DNA of 64,000 bases from the NCBI RefSeq assembly GCF_006345805.1, contig NC_042997.1, forward strand, positions 144,460,001 through 144,524,000. The letters are read 5' to 3'. Every line of letters starts with the position of its first letter. Position 1 is the first letter of the stretch. The stretch is from Octopus sinensis (taxonomy: Eukaryota). Position numbers and translations under genes: made by a program. The notes below the pieces were generated by a model that was not told where the DNA came from, did no database searches, and saw nothing but the letters and a program-made list of their open reading frames with translations. Positions 39,076 through 52,150 of the stretch are shown here, one piece after another.

Positions 39076-40148
39076 GTATACCCCATCACAAACACATAAA
39101 TATAAACACACACACACACACAAAAACATTCACATACACACACATGTTAGTATATGTGCAAGCATTTATACAATTGAATGATGTTATGGTTGGTGACCAC
39201 TGAACTGTGAATTAGGGACAGGGGGATATTTCATACCTCATAGGCAAACTACACCAGCCAAAATTATACCATTTACTTAAAGGTCCCAAAGTCGCTGGCC
39301 TCACACCAAGATTTGAAACCAATTTCTGACATGAGCACAAGGCCACAGATCTGTAGGGAGTGAACAATAGTTTATTTGACAGGTACTTTATTCTATCAAA
39401 CTCTGAAGGATGAAAAGTAAGACCACAGAGAATTTGAACTCTGAATGTAAAAGATTGTTACACAATTAATTTTGTCTTATGCTCAAATGTTTCCTCCAAA
39501 TGACCACTTATGAATGTGGAACATGTTACATAAGTATATCATTATATTTTTCTATAGATACTTACAGAATTCCAGATATCTATCCAGTGATAGGATCACT
39601 GGATCAGTGTATGATAGCATTTGTTTGTTGATACCCGTAGATGAACTCTGTAAAGTAAACTACAAGGTTTATTCCCAAATTGAACTTACACACACACACA
39701 TATTTCCATTTATTGATTTTTCATTTCCATGGGCAAGCTTTTGTAAGTAATGTCTTTTTTTATGCGTTTTGCAGTCTAAAGCAAGCCATTAGCTGTCAGC
39801 ATTACAAACAGTTTGAATTTATTTAGAAGGGTCAGTTTATACAATTTATGCTTTATTATCAGTGTCGTTAATACTTTTATTTAAAAATGTCTAATTCATA
39901 CAGATAAATTTAGGTAACATTGTTTCCAGTATTGCTTTTAATTTCCTGATGTCATCTCCTTTCTCACCTGTGAAAATTTTGTTGGTATAGCCATGAGATA
40001 AAAGTAAAAATATTATTTTTCATAATACACACATAGAAATGAGCAAACTTAGGGTATGGAGGAGATCCTAGTTGTAATGCCATCATTTTGAATGTGGCAA
40101 AATAGGAGCTCTATTACATTATATATATATATATATATAAACACACAT

Positions 40149-40824
40149 AGCCTCACCTAGCACCTGTGTCGGTGGCACATAAAAACACCATCCGAAGACC
40201 CGGCAAGACTAGTCAGGCCATAACCCATGGCCCCTACCTGGGACGTAGTCAGTCCACCTGTGCATACCTTCCTTCTTGTGACACTTGTGAAGACCTGTTG
40301 AGGCAAGTGAAAATCAATCAAAACAAATCAAAATAGATGAACATCAATGGAATTTGTATCCTTGTGGTACCAGTGCTGGTGGCACGTGGCACACAAGAAA
40401 ACCATCCGAACGTGGCCGTAGCCAGTACCGCATCGACTGGCCTCCGTGCTGTGGGCACGTAACAAGCACCATCCGATCGTGGCCGTTTTGCCAGCCTCAT
40501 CTGGCACCTGTGTCGGTGGCACATAAAAACACCATCCGAGCGTGGCCGTCTGCCAGCCTCGTCTGGCACCTGTGTCGGTGGCACATAAAAAACACCATCC
40601 GAGCGTGGCCGTTTGCCAGCCTCGTCTGGCACCTGTGTCAGTGGCACATAAAATCACCCACTACACTCTCGGAGTGGTTGGTGTTAGGAAGGGCATCCAG
40701 CTGTAGAAACACTGCCAGATCTGACTGGACTGGTGCAGCTTTCGGGCTCCCCAGACCCCAGTTGAACCGTCCAACCCATGCTAGCATGGAAAGCGGACAT
40801 TAAATGATGATGATGATGATGATG
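40149..40824 (+). mobile_element. RTE LINE 3' fragment with ~62-bp tandem repeats in the 3' UTR
   Basis: Repeats of ggcacctgtgtcggtggcacataaaaacaccatccgagcgtggccgt..; (GAT)n tail at 40805-40824. Confidence 0.85.
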
Positions 40825-41846
40825 ACATACATTTGCATGCACGGCAACAAAAGGAAATAATTTTTAAAAATACTTTTTTATGATTCAAAGAAGTTTCAAA
40901 AGAATCACAATTTTATTTCTGAAATAAAAAATAAAAAAAAAGTTTTATCATGCCCTCTTCCATAGATAGTCAAAGAATAGAGAGATAACCCCCAAGGTTT
41001 TGATTTTTATTTCTTTTCCATATATATTCCATGTGAGATGCCTGAAAGAGCAGGCTAGTTTAATTTGATCAAATCTAACAGGTTATTGGAAATATTAGTC
41101 TTTAGAAATATACAGAATCAACAGTTATCACATTCATTCACTTACTGCCACACTTATTTTTTTTTTTTTCATAGTGGGAGGTGTTTGATAAGACAAAGAA
41201 GGATGGCATGTTTTTTTTCTTTTTCCTTTTTATCTAAGTTCTTGTTTATGTATGCGTGGAAAGAGTATTTGTATGATGAAAAAGTGGGTGTATATACAGA
41301 ATATATAAAAAAGTAAGGAAAAATAATGCATATCATTATTTTATTGATTAGATGAAGGGTAATAATAATAATGAGGTTTTCTAACATAGGCACAAGGGCC
41401 TCATATTTAGGTGTGTGTGTAGTGGGAAGGAGATAGTCGATTATCAGCTTCAGTACTTGACTAGTACATCTTCATCGACTCTGGAAGCATGGCAGGACAT
41501 ATTGACTATGGCAGGATTTGAACTCAGAACTAAAAGGAATACACCTAAATACCTTGAGGCATTTTGTGCAACACTGTACCAATTCACCACAAGGTAATAA
41601 TAATAATAATAATAATAATAGTAATTGTTTCAAATTATGGCAAAAAGCCAGCAGTTTTTGCAGGAGGGGGTGAGTCAACTTCTATGACACACCCACCCCT
41701 CCGGTACTTGACTGGTATTTTATTTTATCAAGCCGGAAGGGATGAAAGGAAAAGTTGACCTAGGTAGGACCTGAACTCAGAACGTAAAGCGCCAGAAGAA
41801 ATGCTGCAAGAATTTTGTCTGACACAAACGATTTTGCTAATCCATC

Positions 41847-41880
<34 letters not shown>

Positions 41881-42219
41881 TTTGTAATCTAAATATAAGG
41901 CCTAATATTTTGAAGGGTTAAGTCAATTAAATCAGCCCTAGTGCTTAACTGGTACCTTATTTTATCGACCCTGAAAAAGTGAAAGGCAAAGTGGACCCAG
42001 GAGGATTTGAACTCAAAACATAAAGAGTATGAACAAATGCCCTAACAGTTCTGTCAAGTCAATAATAATAATATATAATTATCATAATAAAAATAATAAT
42101 GATGACGGTGACCATGGTTTCTTTTGCTGCTATAAAGGTGATGGGTTGAGGACATAAGAACAAATTACAAAATGATAAGGTTTTCCTTAATTTTCACGCA
42201 AACATACATGCGCACATGC

Positions 42220-42631
42220 GGCCTTGTGATTAAGAAGCTTGCTTCCCAACTGTGAGTCATAGATCAAGTCCAACTATGTGATACCTTGGGTAAGCATCTT
42301 CTAGTAAGCCCAGGCTAACCGAAGCCTTGTGAGTGCATTTGGCAGACAGAAACTGAAAAAAGCCTGTCATAAATATGTGTGTGTGTATATATGTGTGTGC
42401 ATCCATGTTATGGCATCATGGTTGTAAGTGCACATCACTGTCATACGAACAGTATTGTTCATTTCCTGTCTTCCATGAGAAACATGTCTGGCCATTAGGG
42501 AGATATTACCTTGCTTGGAAGCAGGTGAAAGTTTGTGACAGGAAGGACATCTGGTCATAGAAAAATCTACCTCGAGAAATTCCGTTTGACCTATGTGATC
42601 ATGAAAAAGTGGACGTTAAATAATGATGATG
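42220..42631 (+). mobile_element. SINE with family-A-like head and RTE-like 3' tail
   Basis: Head/core like family A, ending catgaaaaagtggacgttaaataatgatgatg like the RTE terminus. Confidence 0.65.
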
Positions 42632-43322
42632 TAAACACACGCACATACATACACGAATATATATGTGTATGTGTGTGTGTATGTATGTATGGTATATGAA
42701 ATATCACTGATACATTTCTTTCCATTGTTATAGTCTTTCATTTATAATGAAAAGCTATGATCATGTTTACTGAAGGCCTCAACATTTAGGAGCTGGCTAC
42801 AGTTGATTAGCTCACCCCCAGTACTCTTCAACCAATACTTATTTTATTATCAACCTCAGAAAGATAAAAGGCAAAGCTGACCTCAGCAGGATTTGAACTC
42901 AGAACATAAAGGTTTGCAACTAAATACCACAAGGCTTTTTGCTGTCTGTCACTCTAACAATTCTGCCATTCTCTTGCCCTTGTATTGCCGTGTAAGCGAA
43001 ATCTTCAGAGATATGTTGGATCAGCATATGTATTCCTTCTGTGTATCGTTTATGAATTTATGTGAAGTGTGTGTTTGTGTTTGTTTGTGTGCATGGTAGG
43101 CACAAGGCCAGAAATTTTAAGGTATGGGTTAGTCTCTTATATCAACCCCAGTACTTGACTGGTTCTTCATAATTCATCAACCCCCGAAAGGATGAACTCA
43201 GAATGTAAAGAGCTGGAACAAATGCCACATGGCATTTGTTCACTGCTCAAACAATTCTGCTAATCCAAATGTATTGAAGCACATTTTAAACGAAAGAACA
43301 GATGTGAAAAATAATAATAATA

Positions 43323-43367
<45 letters not shown>

Positions 43368-43432
43368 GTAATAATAATAATAATAACACAAAAATTCAAA
43401 GCTTTTGATTATTTTCAGATTTTTGTGTCATT

Positions 43433-43926
43433 TCATAATCGAGTAACTTCATCTTTCTGGTTGATGTGTTCATTAGGAGGATCACTGTCTGACTGGGGGA
43501 AAAGGCTTTTATTTAAACAGTTGGTACTGCAGTTCTTGAGTTCTAACTCACTGTCCTCCTCAGCAGTAGAAAATTGTTCATTGTCAGCAACAGTTTTTGG
43601 TTTACAACATGCTGATTCTTCAGTTGAAAGAACCACTGAAAGACATTCTTGAGTATCTGTGCTTGCTGCCACTGAAAAATTACTGCAGGTGTCAGAATCT
43701 GAATCGACACCAGCTCTTTCCAAAATGCTTGCAAGCTCTGAGGTATCACTACCATGGCTGTTGTTGGCATCGGTATCGCATGAAATAGGGGTATAAGAAA
43801 AATGGCAGATGTTTGGAAGATTGTTCATAGAACATGGTCGAATTAAACTGTACTGGTCAAAAGCACTGTCCAAAGAACTGGCTGAACTGCGACAACTTAA
43901 GCGAGCTCCATCTGTTCTTGACAAAC
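43433..43926 (-). CDS. Terminal exon of GRASP/tamalin-CYTIP family scaffold (Ser/acidic tail, C-terminal EVTRL)
   Basis: Acceptor ttttattttacag| (43927-43929), phase 1, matching the upstream exon ending in G; 494 nt open to TGA; longest non-repeat ORF in the window; class I PDZ ligand like tamalin's EESQL. Confidence 0.8.
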
Positions 43927-44796
43927 CTGTAAAATAAAACAGAAATATATGTCTTATTAAGAGAAGCAAAATTATTTTTATGGAAAAAAAAAATGCAACA
44001 CCTTCATTGAATATTTGTAAAACAATAGCAAAAATACAGGATTACAAAATATCTCTTAGATCTTTTGCACTGAAGGTACCTAATTTCAAAAGTTAGTAAA
44101 GGTTTTTTAAAACCGAATCAAAGGGCCTTAAAGTTAACCAAGCTAAGACAAGAATGGTTGTTAGTAATATAAGTGCTGTCTGACTGGAACCCATGCTGGT
44201 AGCATGTAAAATGCACCATTCAAGTGTGTTCAATGCCAATGCTGCCGGACTGACCCCCATGCTGGTGGCAGGAAAAAGCACCCATTACACACTTGAAGTG
44301 GTTGGTGTTAGGAAGGGCATCCATATGTAGAAACCATGCTAAAACAAACATTCAGAGCCTGGTACAGTTCTCAGGGCTTGCCAGCTCCTGTCAAACCATC
44401 CAACCCATGCCAGCATGGGGAATGGATGTTGAATGATGAAGACGCATACATGCATTTGATTTTACAAAAAAGCAAAAAACTGTACAAAGTAAAATTCAAA
44501 TTTTCAATTTATTTGAAGCCAAGGCTTTGTTCCATTGCTAGTCTGTGTTCTCTCTTTCCATTTTTCGTGTGTGTGTGTGTGTGGGGGGGGGTACCTTCAG
44601 CCTTTGCTTGATAAACCAGATAATTATATTGAACATTTAGAACCCAGCATGGCTCTTTGATTGATCTACTATTTTCAGAATTTAAAAGTAATGGCAGACA
44701 GCATCAACCAAGTAAATATAATTATACTCTACACCAAATGTAGAGTATTTTCCCTCTTGAGCATTACAGATAACATACATGATACAGACATACTCA

Positions 44797-44829
<33 letters not shown>

Positions 44830-45736
44830 ATGCATGTGTATGACATTTCGATTGAAGTGATTATTTATTTTAGTTTTGAAATTTCAAATTAAGAAAACTG
44901 CCACATTTAAAAAAAGAAAAAAAAATTAATTTAAAAAAGAAAAAAAAAAATTCATGTGGAACAGATTCAAATCAAAAGGTTGAAAAAAAATTTTTTTTTA
45001 AATGAAACTGAAACCTAAATTCAAAACAAAATTCAACCGCAAAAAATCCCCCCCCCCCCAAAAAAAATTAAATTTAAATTTGAAATGATTGAAAAGCTAC
45101 ACTAAATTTCAGTATGAAATTGCTTCACAGTTGCTGTATCATAATGCTTGTTATCATAGTTTCAAGTTCACTGCATATTACTTTAGATAAGTGACTTTCT
45201 GTCAAATGCTTGCATTGACTGAAATCTTGAGAGTGAAATTTTCATCCATCTTCTCTGCTTACTAGGGTCATGGATCGAGAGTCCAGTTCACAAAGAACTT
45301 CTTCGTAGAGTCTTATCAGGAGCAACTGTCATTACACTTTCCAGCTGGATTCCTAAGCATGTCCAACTGAGACTGTGGGTATTATCCAACCATCTCTTTC
45401 TTGGTCTTCTCCTTGTTCTCCTACCAGTTTACTCAGCTCAAAGAATCCATCTTGCAATTCTTTTCTGTGACTCCTTTCAAGCAGGCCTCACATAAGTGAA
45501 GTGGCTGAGTTCCTTTTGAGCATTGGGCCTCATGGAGGCAAAGTGGACGAGTTCCTTTCAAGTATTCAAGATATGTACATGGGAGAATAAGGACTAGTGA
45601 AGGCAGGCACAGAATGTGGTTGATGCCACAGCATTAGTTACAAAAGGAGCGAATCATGGTAAATTTCATGGGATCTGGTGATGAGGGCAGGGAAGTAAGC
45701 ACTCCAGAGAGGAGAAGACATTTTATTCTCTTAGAC

Positions 45737-45995
45737 CAGTGGTTCTCAACTGGGATCCATATGATCCTTGAGGGTTCCCATAAGATTCTATTGTTAAAAT
45801 TTATGTCCAATAAAATGGTTATATTTTAACTATACACAAAATATTTCCACAATTTTTTCTTTATACCATTTCTTAGAATATTTAATTATAAAAACGAGAT
45901 AGGATTTTTTAAACAGTGAATGACTATGAAGGCTCATCCAAGTTAAAATAGGAACCATAGGGGTTGACAGATAAAAGAATGGTGGAGAAACCCTG
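45737..45995. mobile_element. hAT-type MITE
   Basis: CAGTGGTTCTCAAC ... GTGGAGAAACCCTG termini; 8-bp flanks tcttagac / gcttagaa (6/8). Confidence 0.7.
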
Positions 45996-46336
45996 GCTTA
46001 GAAAATCAAAGAAGTGTTCAAAAACAAGAAAAACGGCATAGCTTGATAAACGTAGGGAAGAAATGGAAAGAAATCGAGCTGAAGGCAAGAATGGTCTTAA
46101 AAAAAAATTCTTCCTGAGCAGAGAATAAGTTTAGCTTTGGTTGAACATAGTCAGGAATATTCTTTAGATGATGCCAAAAATATAAGTAAAATGCAAGGAG
46201 AGGAAAACCATAAAAATATATATATAAAACAATTACATTTTGGAAGAGTTATTTTAACCATTTAAACGCACAACCTGTCAAATTCAGTTTTCACTTTTTG
46301 AGGTGTCAAAATCTGTATCCACTAACTGCAGATTTA

Positions 46337-46368
<32 letters not shown>

Positions 46369-46437
46369 CATATATATACACATACAATGTGTGTGCATAT
46401 ATGTAAGTATAAAATGTGTGTAATATTTATATATATA

Positions 46438-46943
46438 CTAGCAGTATCGCCCGGCGTTGCTCGGGTTTGTAAGGGAAATAACTATATAAGCATTTTTAGA
46501 GAGTTACTTCCCTTATAAATTCGGGCTTTCTTAGCCATTTTTGTTTTGGTGTCTTCAAGCCATGAAGTCGTTGTTCTAAAAGAACGCTGGTTTCCTTCAC
46601 AACGCATTACGACGTTGATTTCTTTACACTCCCTTCCCCACAGCTTCACGAGGGAGGGAAGGGGGAGAAGCAAACAGGTGCAGCTGTGAGCGTGGACGCC
46701 AACTCCGCCGCCATCGACATACGATGCATTTTATGCATTAAAATGGAATAAAAAATGATGTTAAATTATTTTTAAAATCGTAGACTCATCGTTGACGCGC
46801 GCTAATAGTCAGATGGGCTCGATATGAATCACGACTATAAGATACCCGAATTTGGTTAAACTGCACCGCAAAATGTGGGAGAAGTTAGGAATCTAAATCG
46901 AAGGGGACAGACACTCACACAACTAGAGTTTTATATATATAGA
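46438..46943 (-). mobile_element. Non-autonomous Helitron
   Basis: Minus: A|TCTATATATATAAAA start; 3' hairpin CCCGAGCAACGCCGGG then CTAG|T. Confidence 0.85.
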
Positions 46944-47170
46944 TATATATACATATATATACACATACAATGTGTGTGCATATATGTAGGTATAAAATGT
47001 AATATTTATATATATATATATATATATATTATACACATACATATACACACACACATATATATATATATATACACACCACACACACACATATATATATACA
47101 CACCACACACACACACACATATATACACACACACACACATATATATACACACACACACATATATATATAT

Positions 47171-47221
<51 letters not shown>

Positions 47222-47469
47222 CATGCACATAAATACATGTGTATATATACATATTCATGAAAATATGTGTGTGCATATATGTAGGTATAAATTGTGTGTA
47301 ATATTTATATATATATATAAAACACACCTTTTATACCTACATATATGCATACATATATATATATACATACACACACATATATATACATACATATATGCAC
47401 ACACACACACCACACATATATAATACACATACACACAAATACATGTGTATATATACATATTCATGAAAA

Positions 47470-50400
47470 CATCATCATCATCATCATCATCATCAGTTAG
47501 CGTCCGTTTTCCATGCTAGCATGGGTTGGACGGTTCTACTGGGGTCTGTGAAGCCAGAGGCTTCATCAGGCCCAGTCAAATCTGGCAGTGTTTCTACGGC
47601 TGGATGCCCTTCCTAACGCCAACCACTCCGTGAGTGTAGTGGGTGCTTTTTACGTGCCACCCCCCACTGGTGCCAGACAGAGCTGGCAAACGGCCACGAA
47701 CGGATGGTGCTTTTATGTGCCACCGGCACGAGGGCCAGGCGAGGCTGGCAACGGACACGAAACGGGGCGGTGCTGGCAACGGTCGCGAAACGGAAAGTTC
47801 TCTTACATGCCACCGGCACTGGTAACACATCTGCAATTTCCATTGATCGATTTCCATTGATCGATTTCGATTCTGATCCTCACTTGCCTCAATGGGTCTT
47901 CACAAGCAGAGTTTCGACATGCCACCGGCACTGGTAGCACATCCGCAATTTCCATTGATCGATTTCGATTCTGATCCTCACTTGCCTCAACACATCTTCA
48001 CAAGTAGATTTTGTGTCCCAAGAAGGGAAGGTATGCATACGTAGGCTGGCTCCATCCCATGTAGAAGGCCACGGGTTGTGGACTCACTTGTCCTGCCGGG
48101 TCCTTCTCGCGCCACAGCACACTTCCAGAGGTCTCGGTCTCTAGTCATTTCCTCAGTGAGACCTAAAGTTCGAAGGTCGTGCTTCACCACCTCGTCCCAG
48201 GTTTTCCTGGGTCTGCCTCTTCCACAGGTTCCCTCAACCGCTAGGGTGTGGCACTTTTTCACACAACTATCTTCATCATTCTCGCCACATGACCATACCA
48301 GCGCAAACGTCTCTCTTGCACACCACAACTGATGCTTCTTAGGTCCAGCTTTTCTCTCAAGGTACTTACACTCTGCCGAGTGTGAGTACCGGCATTACAC
48401 ATCCATCGGATACATACTGGCTTCATTTCTAGCGAGCTTACGCATATCCTCAGCAGTCACGCCCATGTTTCACTGCCATGTAGCATGGCTGTTCGTACAC
48501 ACGCATCATACAGTCTGCCTTTCACTCTGTGCGAGAGGCCTTTTGTCACCAGCAGAGGTAAGAGCTCTCTGAACTTTGCCCAAGCTATTCTTACTCTAGC
48601 AGTTACACTTTCAGCACACCCACCCCGCTGCTGACTTGGTCACCTAGGTAACGGAAACTATCAACTATTTCTAGTTTTTCTCCCTGGAAAGTGACGGAAG
48701 TTGGTCTCAGAGCATTTTCAGTGTTTATTGTTCCTGAGCATCTGCCACATACAAAACCATCTTCCTAGTTAGCCTTCCTTGACATTGCTGCATCTTTATG
48801 TGTCCATAGCTTACACTTGGTGCATCTTATAGAGTTTCTACCTACACCTTTTCTACAGATCGAGCAGGGCCATCTACCTGAAGGTGTTTGTGATTTGTCT
48901 ACCTTCCTACTGATTACGACTTTGGTTTTAGCTAGATTGACTCTGAGGCCCTTCGATTCTAATCCTTGTTTCCACCCTGAAACTTCTCCTCCAGTTCTGA
49001 TAGCGACTCAGCAATTAGAGCAAGGTCATCAGCATAGAGGAGCTCCCAAGGGCATCCTGTCTTGAATTCCTCCGTTATTGCCTGGAGGACTATGATAAAT
49101 AGGAGGGGGGCTGAGTACTGAGCCTTGGTGGACCCCTACCTCTACCCGGAATTCTTCACTGTACTCATTTCCAACCCTCACCCTACTAGCGGCGTCCCTA
49201 TACATGGCCCGCACAGCTCTCACTAACCATTCATCTATCCCTAGTTTTCTCATTGCCCACCAGATAAGGGATCGGGGGACCCTGTCGAAGGCTTTCTCCA
49301 TGTCAACAAGCCAGGTACAGGGCTTATCTTTGGCTAGGTATTTCTCCTGCAGCTGCCTTACCAGGAATTAGCATCAGTAGTACTTTTCCCTGGCACAAAC
49401 CCAAACTGCATCTCATCTAAACTAACTCTCTCTCTAATTAGTTGGGCTATGACCCTCTCCGTAACCTTCATCACCTGGTCCAACAGCTTGATACCTCTGT
49501 AGTTATTTGTATCTAGGGCATCACCTTTACCTTTGTAGCAGTTGACTATTATACTGCTACACAAGTCATCATTGGTATGACCCCTTTGTGTATCACCTGA
49601 TTAACTATATGGGTGACTAGCTATAGCCGACACTACCAGACATTTTGAGCATCTCTGCAGTGATTCCTGATGGGCCTGGGGCTTTCCCTGTCTTCATGCT
49701 TCTAATTGCCTTAGCTACCACAGAACTATCAACTCGGATAGCTGGTCCCTCTGTTGGGTCAACATTCGGCAGACTCTCTTTATCCCATTCATTTTCTTCA
49801 TTCAGCAACCTTTCATAGTGGCATCTCCAAACCTCTCTCTTCGCATCCTCATTTAGCGCAAGTGAACCATCTTCCATGCGAACACACTTCTCTCCTACCA
49901 CATCACGATTCTCTCTCAAACACTGTCTTGCAACACGAAACACACCTCCAGTCTTTGGTCCTCACGGCGCAGAACATTGGCAAATTTTTTCTTATCTGCT
50001 TCCCCTCTGGCTAAATAAACCTGTCTCCTAGCTTCTCTTTTGGCAGTCTGATACATTCCCTGCTACCCCCATTTTTCCAGACCTTCCAAGCCTGTCTCTT
50101 TTCTCTAATAGCCCTGTCTACAATATTGTTCCACCACCACGTTATTCTAGGTCGAGAGGGGACTTTGCACCAGCCACAGATCTGGTCAGTGGCTCTCAGC
50201 AGGTTGTCCCTTAGAAACGTCCAGCTGTCTTCTACCCCCTGTGATGATCTCTATCCCTTCTACTTCGTCAGAGGCTTCAAGTAATATGTCCCTAAATCTC
50301 TGTCCTTTGCAGGATCTTTAAGCTTCCAGATCCTTCTTCTCCATATTTGTCGTCTTCTGGTTGTCCTCCTAGTCCTGATCCTAAAGTCACTAACTACCAG

Positions 50401-52150
50401 TCTATGTTGTGGGGTACATTCTTCACCTGGGAAGTTTTGGCATTTATAAGCAGCCATCTCTCCCTTTGCCTTGTAAGGATGTAGTCATTTGGCTGGTATG
50501 TTGGCCCGATTGGTAAGTGACTAGGTGGCTGGTAGGTTTCCTGAAGTTAGTGTTGCAAATCATAAGATTATTTGCATCGCAGAACTCCAGCAGCCTGGTT
50601 CCCTCCTCGTTGCGGGAGCCATAGCCATAGCCTCCATGTACGCCATGGAAGCCCCCAGCATGTCGTCCAACGTGACCATTGAAGTCACCAGCCACAAAGA
50701 TAAGGTCTCTGTCGTTCGTCAATGAGGTAGTCTGCAGTAGAGTGTCATAGAATCGGTCTTTCTGTCCATCGGGTAGCCCCGACTGAGGAGCATAGGCTGA
50801 TATAATGGTTGCTAAACTATGATGAAGCACTAATCTAATCTTAAGTATTCTGTCACTTACTCTGATTACCTCAATTACTTTATCTACCCATTTTCTCAGC
50901 GATAAGTATACCCACGCCACCAACCCCGTCAGTGTTCCCTGCCCAGAAAATCTTGTACCTGCGTTCCTTGCCTGTGAGGAACCTAGCTGATCCTCCTCTC
51001 CACCTTATTTCTTGCATGCAACATATATCCACACATCTCCGTTCAAGCATCTCGACTATCTCACCAGACCTACCTTTCAGAGTGCCAACGTTGAGGGTGC
51101 CAACCCTGAGGGAAGACATGGGCTCTAGAGACCCTGGGACGGTGGACAGTAGCTTCGTGTACCTGAAAAGAAAGCTCGCATTTGGCAGAATTCATGTGCA
51201 AGAAATGAAGTAGTAAAGTAGCCTTCAGTACAACCTGCATAACGCTAGCCTTTCATATTTTGCACTGTATGAACATTACCTTACATAGGTCGAGACTAGG
51301 GGTAGGGAGGGGTATGGATGGTGAGAGCATTTGCAGTCTTCATGGGAAGCAACCCCGGAATGGAAAGAAATAGGAACTCCGGCATGCGTGGTGGGGGTGG
51401 GAGGGCGGGTGCACCGTAGCTGAGTAAAGAGGTTCTGTTAATCGTGAGCTAGCAAATGGTTTGTATGAATTGGGAGACAATACTAAACGAAAAATTGAAA
51501 TCAGAGTGGCTATGAACCTGGAGACAAGTCTAAACGAAAAAAAAAAAAAAAAAAAATGTTTGAGCTAGACAGGGTAATGAGGGAATACTGAAAGAATGAG
51601 TGACAATACAATGAGATGGAATTGAAGAATAGAGAAAGAATAAGGATAAGTGCAAGAAAGAAGGTAGTCGTAGCGAGGTTGGACGATTCACTTAACTTTT
51701 AGCCATTCATGATCTGTGCGTATTCTTTAGATATTTTGAAGCGTGTGGGGTTAACGATAAATGCGATGGCTCTTTTATGTATGGCGATGATGGTTTGGGG
51801 AGGGGGGGGCATAGAGGACCATGGCGATGATGGTTATGGGGAATGGGGGACATAGCGAGAGAGAGATACGGTTAGTTAGAGAGAGAGGTCAAGGGACACT
51901 TGACAATAAGCGTGTGAGGGAATTTGACTGGGGACGGCATTGTCGATAAATAACTTAGATAAATAGGTTGAAAATCAGAAAAATCAGAGGGAATATCATT
52001 ATTGATAGCTAATATAACACCGTAGCTGAGTAAAGAGGTTCTGTTAATCGTGAGCTAGCAAATGGGTTTGTATGAATCGGGAGACAATACTAAACGAAAA
52101 ATTGAAAAATTGAAAAATCAGAGTGGCTATGAACCTGGAGACAAGTCTAT
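47470..52150 (-). mobile_element. Near-full-length RTE-clade LINE in the last intron of the GRASP-like gene (sense to host)
   Basis: Contiguous fragments from LRVGTLNVGTL..CCMQE (APE), ISAYAPQ, AGDFNGHVG, KAPGPSGI, EKAFDRV, GVHQGSVLSP, LYADDL to GRGRPRKTW; ~500-nt 3' UTR and (GAT)n tail at 47470-47494; ~1-kb 5' region. Confidence 0.95.
51413..52149. repeat. ~120-130-bp direct repeat pair in the RTE 5' region
   Basis: accgtagctgagtaaagaggttctg...gaacctggagacaagtcta at ~51413-51531 and ~52019-52149. Confidence 0.9.

Noticed and set aside
40380-40660. Regularly spaced repeats resembling a CRISPR array
   Set aside because: Units are wholly repeated with no unique spacers; they are RTE 3' UTR tandem repeats in eukaryotic DNA.
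43927-43969. N-terminal MLLLIRHIFLFYFT of ORF 43433..43969
   Set aside because: Intron/acceptor sequence read through in frame.
44900-45075. Unusual homopolymer-rich stretch
   Set aside because: Runs of A/T/C with no structure; possibly low-quality consensus.
46875-47464. Long YI/HT/CV-repeat ORFs (also near 12672, 20683 and 36656)
   Set aside because: (TA)n/(CA)n/(TATG)n microsatellites lacking stops by composition.
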